64,000 bases of DNA, taken from positions 197,718,001 to 197,782,000 of the forward strand of contig OX597815.1 of assembly GCA_951406725.2 (NCBI GenBank), in the 5' to 3' direction. The first letter of the stretch is position 1. Every line of letters begins with the position of its first letter. Shown here piece after piece: positions 54,114 through 64,000 of this stretch. The notes under the pieces were generated by a model. That model was not told the DNA's origin. It saw nothing but the letters and a program-made list of their open reading frames with translations, and searched no databases. The DNA is from Octopus vulgaris (taxonomy: Eukaryota). Both the position numbers and the translations under genes were made by a program.

Positions 54114-55069
54114 GCTTACATGTACATACACATATAAAAGGGCTGGTGACCTTTCAAAGATGTCAGTTTAAGAAAGTAGGATGGGAGAAATAAGAAAATG
54201 GAGGTGGGTGGGGTCATCACTGAAAAATAAAAATAAGAGTTCAAAGTTCAAATTTGAAAGTCCTATGAATATGTATATTCCTTTACACTTGTATAGTCAG
54301 GTCCCATATCCTATGTAGTACTACATTTTACACGAACAAACATTAGATATTAGTCCACTATTCATAAATTAGGAAAATAACGTCAGAATAGACAAAATAT
54401 AATTGAGTACTGTTTATAATTCAATCAATTCTCTACGTATATTTAAACAAACCTCATAAATGAGTTATCTTCCTATATAGTATATATAGCTGGAAGACAA
54501 TCTCTAGGATATAAATTATATAATAAAGCAGGACCTACTTAAATATATATTTCTTTAGTATCGTTCATCCCTTTATAGGAGTTACTTTTATTTTACTTGA
54601 TTGTTTGGATAAGCGAATTCCAAAGAGATCTTTTTCATAAATAACTTTTCCAAGTAGCCAATTAAGATACATTTGCCTAATCGGAAACAATAGAAATTGT
54701 GTAATATAAATGTTTTCTCTTCATCCAGCATCATTACTCTTAAAAAAAGAGGGAATTAAAAAGGCAATGAAGCTGAGCATCGCATATCTAAGGACACTAA
54801 AGGAAAAATAAATAAATAAATAAACACACGATTCCATTTTCTGCTGAGAAAAACGGCAGCCGTAACAGTTGTCATGCCTTCAGTAGCTTACATGGAAGCT
54901 GCTAAGAGGAAAACACAATTCTAGAGTTGTTTCCATGCTTTGGGAATGGTCACTTGTCGCAACCAATTCAATGGAAGCAATCAATGTTACTTTACAACCC
55001 AAAAAGCGCGTTAAATGAAGTCCTATGTCAAGGCGATATTGATATATATGCAATTGTCCACACATAATT

Positions 55070-55562
55070 TTTTTCTTCTGGTCAAGCTTTTAACCAGTCG
55101 TTTTACATTACAATTCTGAAAAATTGGCGTGACGTGGTGAGACGAAAACGCCCGACCTTTGACAAATTGGTGAGTGGTAGTTTCGTTACGATGATGCGCC
55201 TGCGCACGCGGCCTAGAGAGTGAGACATTTTTGGACCAAAAATAGCAAAACCCCGCTTAACCATCCTCCCTATTCAATCCATCTTGCTCCTTATGACTTT
55301 TGTTTGTCCCCTTGAAAAAAAAAGTCCTTAAAAGTAAAAAAGCTTTACAGATGTGGATGAGGTGAAGCAGCAAACGACGGAGGCGTTTTAAAGTTACAAC
55401 TTCGCAAGAATTCCAAGACTACTTGAAACAATAGAAATCGTGTCTGGACAGATGCATTGTTTCAAATGAAGAATGACTTAAGGGCGATAAAATTATAAGC
55501 ATGTAAAAGTAAGTGAATAAAATAAGATTGCAAAATTCCGGGTTCTTTTGGGTAGCCCCTCG
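55070..55562 (+). mobile_element. Mariner 3' remnant
   Basis: YDDAPAHAA, HPPYSIHLAPYDF (YSPDL motif), C-terminal LDRCIVSN; TIR end CCGGGTTCTTTTGGGTAGCCCCTCG. Confidence 0.85.
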
Positions 55563-55574
55563 TGCATGTATATA

Positions 55575-55800
55575 TAAAGTTAATCCAAACAAGAATACAC
55601 AGAAAAAAAGAGAAAAAAACACAGCAACGCGAGGAAGTGGAACAATTAAAGTATTATTGACGCTCAGGAAAGAAGGGAAGGAGGGTTTAACGTTTCGAGC
55701 GGAGCTCTTCGTCGGAAACAAGGAGAAGGAAAGATCCCAAGAAGGGAAGACAGACGAAAAAATATTTTTGCTGGTGGTGCTCAAGAGATCACATATATAT
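55575..55800 (-). mobile_element. PLE terminal remnant with hammerhead variant at 55685-55719
   Basis: Minus GUUU-CCGACGA-A-GAGC-UCC-GCUC-GAAAC-GUU-AAAC. Confidence 0.7.
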
Positions 55801-55849
55801 ATATGTATTTGTTGTGCAAGATGTTTCATGTGAAGTCGTGTGTTGAAAC

Positions 55850-57782
<1,933 letters not shown>

Positions 57783-58012
57783 GAAGTTAATAAAAGAAAA
57801 TGGAGAAGAAATATATTAAATATTTGGCTAATTTTATTTCTGTCACAACGTAAATAACATGCAATTCATATAAAATTTAGGATGTAAAGGAACCGAATCA
57901 ACAAAAGATATAATCATATATTGCGGAAGCTTCTATCAATATATTTGATAACACTGGCTGATATCCGGATTTTTAAAACAAATCCCTTATGAGGAAATTA
58001 CATCCTCAATAT

Positions 58013-58075
<63 letters not shown>

Positions 58076-58249
58076 ATGAATAATGATGAGAGACAAAAGA
58101 TAGTTTACTGAAATATATTTGGTTGTGAAATTATGCTGTCCACAAAATCAGGTACTAAAAATATATATGCATATAAATGTATACATACACTTAAAAATAT
58201 ATTAAAAAATGCATTAAATATATATAAATATAAACATAAATATGTTAAG

Positions 58250-58990
58250 AATATATTAATAGCATACAATATAGAGCCCTACCTACAATAAAAAAACAGC
58301 GTTGAAATTGTATACAGAGAATAGATGGAGTGTAGATAATATTGTAAATCCTTATAGATGTGAATAGGTCATTAAAATCCGACCCCGTTTCTGAAGGCAT
58401 AGTGGTGGAAAGATGTAATATAATTTAAGTTCCAATAATCTAATATCGCTGCTTCCTTCTTCAGGGAATTTTCCAACTGGTAAGGCTACATTTGTCATGC
58501 ACTATGGTGAAATTCGATGCTGACAACCTTTATAAAAAGAAATACTTATTATGGTGGGTGGGTGTTAGGTGAGTATTTTTTTTTTATACACTAGTAGATT
58601 GGGAAAATATACTACTATTGAGATAAAGCTATTAATAGTGTTAGAGGTGGAAGTTGGGAGAAGATGACATAAACTAAGTTTTTATATTTCAGATTTAATG
58701 GGAAATTCTATTGTGTAGTTATGAACGGTTAACGAAATATCTCAGGGATAAATAATAGCTGTGTCTACAGGAAAAAATGACATCAGAAAACCTGTTTAGC
58801 ATCGAAGAATTGTGCATACGCAGAATGGTTAAGGATTCCTTGATACAAAAATTATATTTATGCATATATGAATTGTAAGGAGGTGCTTCCGTTACTATTG
58901 GACAAGTTAATTTATACTGAATATTTTGCGCTTTATTTTGTGCAGCTAAAGGAGTAGTTAATCTGTTTTTTTTTTTTTCATCCTGTTTTC
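58250..58990 (-). mobile_element. PLE (Naiad-like) 3' end
   Basis: Minus APPYNSYMHKYNFCIKESLTIL....MLNR; hammerhead at 58374-58472. Confidence 0.65.
58374..58472 (-). ncRNA. Type I hammerhead motif, long imperfect stem II
   Basis: Minus AAAAUUCC-CUGAAGA-AGGAAGCA...UGCCUUCA-GAAAC-GGG-GUC-GGAUUUU. Confidence 0.6.
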
Positions 58991-59171
58991 CTATGGCTCA
59001 AATACACTGAGCACTTCGTTGTGTCTTATATATAGAGAAAAGTTTATCTCTTGAAAATAAATTGTATATATATATATATATATTCGGTTAAGTAATTGAG
59101 ATTCTAGTGAATTCTAAAGAATTATATATATCTGTATTCACTGCACTTTTTGTATATAAAGATACGAAACG

Positions 59172-59221
<50 letters not shown>

Positions 59222-59224
<3 letters not shown>

Positions 59225-59382
59225 GAGTGTCTGTGTGGTAAGTAGCTTGTTTACCAACCACATGGTTCTGGGTTCAGTCCCACTGCGTGGCATCTTGGGC
59301 AAGTGTCTTCTACTATTGCCTCGGACCGACCAAAGCCTTGTGAGTGGATTTGGTAGACGGAAACTGAAAGAAGCCCGTCGTA

Positions 59383-59385
<3 letters not shown>
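59222..59385 (+). mobile_element. SINE family A 5' half within (TA)n
   Basis: A/B boxes and central domain; ends at the internal microsatellite. Confidence 0.9.
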
Positions 59386-59453
<68 letters not shown>

Positions 59454-59554
59454 GTGTGTGTGTGTATGTGCATATACATATACTCAAAATAGTATACATT
59501 TAAACACAAGAGAAAACTGCCTTCAACAGGCAGGTTTTACACGCTAGAAACATT

Positions 59555-59597
<43 letters not shown>

Positions 59598-60129
59598 ATG
59601 TATATATGCACATACACACACACACATATATGTTGAAAATGGGTTAAGTGTCTATATAATTAAAAAAAATATTGTTAAAAGAATAAGTAAAATATGAATA
59701 GGAAAAGGCACAAAAGTATATGTTTTATTTTTTTTGTTACAGTTGGTGGTGTAGAATATCACCGGTATTGATCTATCTATCTTATCAAATATTAAATAAA
59801 ATTTTTAGGAATTCGAAGAAAAATAAATTTGGGTTAACAATTTGTACCCATGTGTAAGTGCCTAGTGAAATTTATTTTAGAGTCAGTCCCTATATATGTT
59901 TCGTCTACATAGCTTTGGGGTTGGGTTCAAGAGTTCAAGTTGCAGGAATTATATTGTAAAGAAGTGTTTTGAATTAAATAGGAGGCTTCTATTCAGGATA
60001 TGGCCAGCTGTGTGTTGGTGTGTGTGCGTGTGTTTGGAATATATTGTCAAAACATTTGTTTCACCTTATTCTATTATGAGAATATGGTCAGTGGTTTAGG
60101 ATAGTCGTTGAAATGATTTTCAAGAAATT

Positions 60130-61330
60130 AATTCTTTTGTTGTTGCTGTGTGTGTGTGTGTACGCGTGTTGCTTTGTTTGTGTGATTGTGTGTGTACTGT
60201 TTTGTTTGTGTGAGTGTGTGTGGTGTTGTTTTGTGTGTGTGTGTATGTGTTTATGTGTGTTGTTTTGGGCTTTGGAAATATGCTTTGTATATTGTGAAGA
60301 ATGTGTATAAGAATGTGCGTTTTTGTGTGTATTTTTTTGACAGTATGTTTCGTGTGTCTGTGTGTCCGTGTGTGTATATGTGTGCATGTGCGTGTGTGTT
60401 TGTGACAGATCCTTAGTTATTGATTAATATTGTTTTTTTTTATATTTAGTCGTGGTTTAAATTTGTTGTAGAAATTGGTGTGTGTGTATGTGTGCGTGTT
60501 TGCTTTTTGAAGTGTGTGTGTGTTTTGTTTGTGCGTGTGTATATTTTTTTAGTAGTAGTGTTTATGTTGTTTTTTCTTTTTGCTCTCTGGTGGCATATGT
60601 TTGTGCGTGTATATACATATACGTACACACACACATATGTGTGTGTATGTTTTATTTTCTCGAAATATGTACTGTAACTTGTAGCGTGTGAGTTTATGTT
60701 CTTTGTTAAAGAATTTGGTGAGTGGCTGTTTTTCTGTTTTTTTTCTGTAGTATGTGTGTTGTTTTGTTTGTATGGGTGTATATTTTTAGTGGTATTTGTT
60801 TGTGTGTGTATGCATGTCTGTATTAATGTGTATTTGTTTGTATTTTAGAGGTGTGTGTGCGTGTTATTTTGTGTGTGCTATTGTGGTGTATATGTGTGTT
60901 ATTGTGGTGTGTTTGTTGCTTTGTGTGTGTTATTTTGCGTGTGTTATTGTGGTGTGTGCGTGTTAGTTTGTGTGTACTATTGTGGTGTGTGTGTGTGTAC
61001 TATTTTGTGTGTATTTTATTTTGTGTGCGCTATTGTGGTGTGCGTGTTATGTTGTATGTGCTACTGTGGTGTGTGTGTGTGTTATTTTGTGTGGGCTATT
61101 GTGGTGTGTGTGTGTGTTATTTTGTGTGCGCTATTGTGTTTTTGTGTTATGGGATTGTTCAGTGCGTATGTGTGCTATTGTGGTGTATGTGTTTTTTGTG
61201 TATGCTAATGTATGTTTGATTTTGGGTGGAATGCATTGTGTGTGTTGTGTGTGTATGTGTTTGTGTTTGGTTTTATGGTAAAGTTTTGTGTGTGAGCGTA
61301 TTATTTTGGTGTGTGCATGTGAGTGCTTGT
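60130..61330. repeat. Degenerate TG-rich tract with a ~35-40 bp minisatellite at 60850-61200
   Basis: Recurring GTGTTATTTTGTGTG.GCTATTGTGGTGTG. Confidence 0.85.
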
Positions 61331-62880
61331 GCGAGTGTGTCTGACAGGTCCTTATTTATTGATTAATGGGGAGAAAATTTTGAGGTTTTGTTTGGTGATG
61401 AATTGTTTTTCCATGCTTATTCTCTGTTGTTGGGTGAAAGAGTCCGAGTTCTTTTTAAAGAGAAAGGTTTTGAAAATGGGTAAGGTTATTTCCGAACAGT
61501 TTGCAGTGTGACTACTTAGGGGAAATTATCTCGTGCTCACAACTCGGATTTGTTGGCGGTCTATAGTCATTCTATTGCGTCATGAAACATCCACCTAAAG
61601 CGGCGAGCTGGCAGAAACGTTAGCACGCCGGGCGAAATGCGTAGCCGTATTTTGTCTGCCGTTACGTTCTGTGTTCAAATTCCGCCGACGTCGACTTTGC
61701 CTTTCATCCTTTCGGGGTCGATAAATTAAGTACCAGTTACGCACTCGGATCGATATAATCGACTTAATCCGTCTGTCTGTCCTTGTTTGTCTCCTCTGTG
61801 TTTAGCCCCTTGTGGTTAGTAAAGAAATAGGTATTTCGTCTGTCTTTGCGTTCTGAGTTCAAATTCAACTGTGGTCCACTTTGCCTTTCATCATTTCGGG
61901 GTCGATAAATTAAGTACCTGTTGCGTACTGAATTCGATCTAATCAACTGTCCCTCCCCACAAATTTCGGGTCTTGTGCCTAGAGCAGAAAAGCAAAAGAA
62001 TGGAAACGCCTGTGCAGTTATGTTGGCATCCACCGCATGTAATTGCTTAGATTAAGTTTTCGGAGTTGCGAGTGAAGTTTATTTTTATTTTGCAGGTTTG
62101 CCTGTCTTTAAATTTCAGTTCTGCTCCTTCTATTAGGTAAAAGAAGGTGCCATAATTTGTTCTTCCAGATTCTGTCACAGTTCGGTGGGGGATTTATGTC
62201 TATGTTCCGGTGAGGATTTGGTTGCCTTTTACTCGGGAGGATTTGGTATCTTTCTAGAAGTTTCTTCATTATTTCGCCTTCAATTAGAATGGGGAGGAAT
62301 TTGTGGATATGGTAAAATATTTTCCGTTGTTTTGATTTTCGTATACATTATTTTCTGGATATCAATATGTTTTGGCCTGTCTATTCCATTGATAAATACG
62401 CCTAGTGGGAATGTTATTTGAATGAGTATGTTTTTAAGTTCTTCCCGTCTTTTTTCAGACTTAGATGGGTTCACACTATTATGTTAGATTAAAAGGAATA
62501 TTCAGTTTGATGTGTTGTGGGTGGCATGAGGTGAATAGAAGGTACTGATTGGTGTCAGCTGGCTTATAGACTATGTCCGTTTCTATTTCCCCATCCTTGT
62601 TAGTGATTAAAATATCCAGGAAGGCAAATTCCTTTATGCCAAACTCCACTGTGAACTGGTTTTCATTTTCTTTATGCTTTTTCGGCATATTTTTTAATCT
62701 TGTGTGTATTCAAGTTTTCCTTCCATAAGCTAAAGCAATCATCTAGGAATCTTAAGCAATTTTATTTTTTTAGTTGTGGTTGGAATGTGTCTCCATCGAG
62801 AAGAAGTTATTGGGTGTAAATCTTTGGGCCATGAAATCTCATGATTAAATTGGCATATGCAGGGGTTACCTTCGTTCCCA
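61330..62880 (-). pseudogene. PLE reverse transcriptase C-terminus and GIY-YIG endonuclease remnant, interrupted by SINEs
   Basis: QFTVE..FAFLDILI..IETDIVYKPADTNQYL.FTSCHPQHIK.NIPFNL; CGGCQHNCTG; RQQIR..LSSH..C; RISMEKQFITK. Confidence 0.88.
61598..61990 (+). mobile_element. Two family B SINEs (full copy 61598-61830 and partial copy) nested in the PLE
   Basis: Deu/Nin domain occurs twice. Confidence 0.9.
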
Positions 62881-62902
62881 ATGCAGTACATATATATATA
62901 TA

Positions 62903-63055
62903 TACGATGGGCTTCTTCAAATTTCTGTCTGCCAAATCCACTCACAAGGTTTTGTTCGGTCCGAGGTTATAGTAGAAGAGCCTTGCCCAATGTACCACGT
63001 ACAAAGTTTGAACTCGGAACCATGTGGTTGGGAAACAAGCTTCTTATCACACAGT
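62903..63055 (-). mobile_element. SINE family A 5' half
   Basis: CCAAATCCACTCACAAGG and GGAACCATGTGGTTGG. Confidence 0.85.
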
Positions 63056-63860
63056 GAAACCTAATATTTTTTGTTCGTGTATAATGGCAAAATGAATAAG
63101 CAAGCATTCAATGTACGGATATCGATTTCCTCTCTCTTTTTATATATCTGTCTAAACATATTCTCGAGCCCTTCTCTTTATTTATGTATGCGTGAATAGT
63201 GAGAGTTTCTACCCAATCTCCTGTAGGATGGATATAGCGTTTTGTATTTTCATATATATTTTATACACCTACTCCTTTTAAAAGAAACTTAGTAGCAAAA
63301 TAGAACTGTTTCACAGCAGTCACATTTGTATTTGTCTTCTAGAATATAAGCCCGAACTGAATCTAAATAAATGGAATTTATTTAGAAAGATTTAGCTATT
63401 AAAATATTTAGGAATTACTTCATACCATTGAGAGTCAAAGTTATTGTGTAAAAATATTTTAATTTTCTTCACTTATATCTCTTCCGACATGCCGTTCTAA
63501 GACAAGGGCAACCCCACCATAAATGTTACATATCAAACAAAGAAATGGAGCTCGTAAAGGAAAAAACAACTTAATATATACAAATAAACTGATACTAATA
63601 TTTTGCTACACATACGTATTAACCGCAAACAAAATGAAAATATTACTAGAATTCAGTACAAGAAAACTGAACTTTGCAGACAACATTTTCTAAAACAACA
63701 TCAAACGCAAATCCAACTGTATGTTTTTGCTCGGTCAAACGAATATCTGGTAAACAATACGTAAATCTGATCGGTTAAATTTTTCAATATACAGAAATTC
63801 CATTGGTATTATTCATTTCAATAGAAGATAGCAAGAATCAGTCAATATGTAATCCCCGAA

Positions 63861-63968
63861 AAGCGGTGAGTTGTAGAATCGTTGGCATGCCGGTAAAATG
63901 CTTAGCGGCATTTCGTCCATCTTTAATTCTGTTAAAATTCCGGGTTCGATAAAATAAGTACCAGTTGA
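63861..63968 (+). mobile_element. SINE family B, internally deleted
   Basis: GCGGTGAGTTGTAGAATCGTT...TCGATAAAATAAGTACCAG. Confidence 0.7.
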
Positions 63969-64000
63969 CCACCACTCGTAGAGATAAAATGGACAAACCC

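Noticed and set aside
60851-61281. Cys/Val-rich ORFs resembling metallothionein or keratin-associated proteins
   Set aside because: Open in several frames because of a TG-rich minisatellite

Overview
AT-rich eukaryotic genomic DNA. The SINE families and the microsatellite spectrum point to an octopod cephalopod (Octopus sp.); this is an inference. I found no convincing host protein-coding exon, so the window looks intergenic or deep-intronic. It is dominated by (TA)n, (TG)n, (TATG)n, (AAT)n and (TTC)n microsatellites and by decayed mobile DNA: three tRNA-headed SINE families (>20 copies or fragments), several Tc1/mariner relics and MITEs, a Chapaev3-like transposase pseudogene, a non-autonomous Helitron, CR1-type and R4/Dong-type LINE 3' ends, and many Penelope-like element (PLE) remnants. 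The most notable hidden layer is about a dozen minimal type I hammerhead-ribozyme motifs carried by PLE-derived termini; a few retain the full catalytic core. Other points of interest are a duplicated 73-nt splice-flanked non-coding segment, a stem-loop with compensatory changes shared by a SINE tail and a LINE-like tail, and several long inverted repeats. Almost all ORFs in the supplied track are microsatellite or repeat artefacts. All coordinates, alignments and identities were read by eye; no searches were run.
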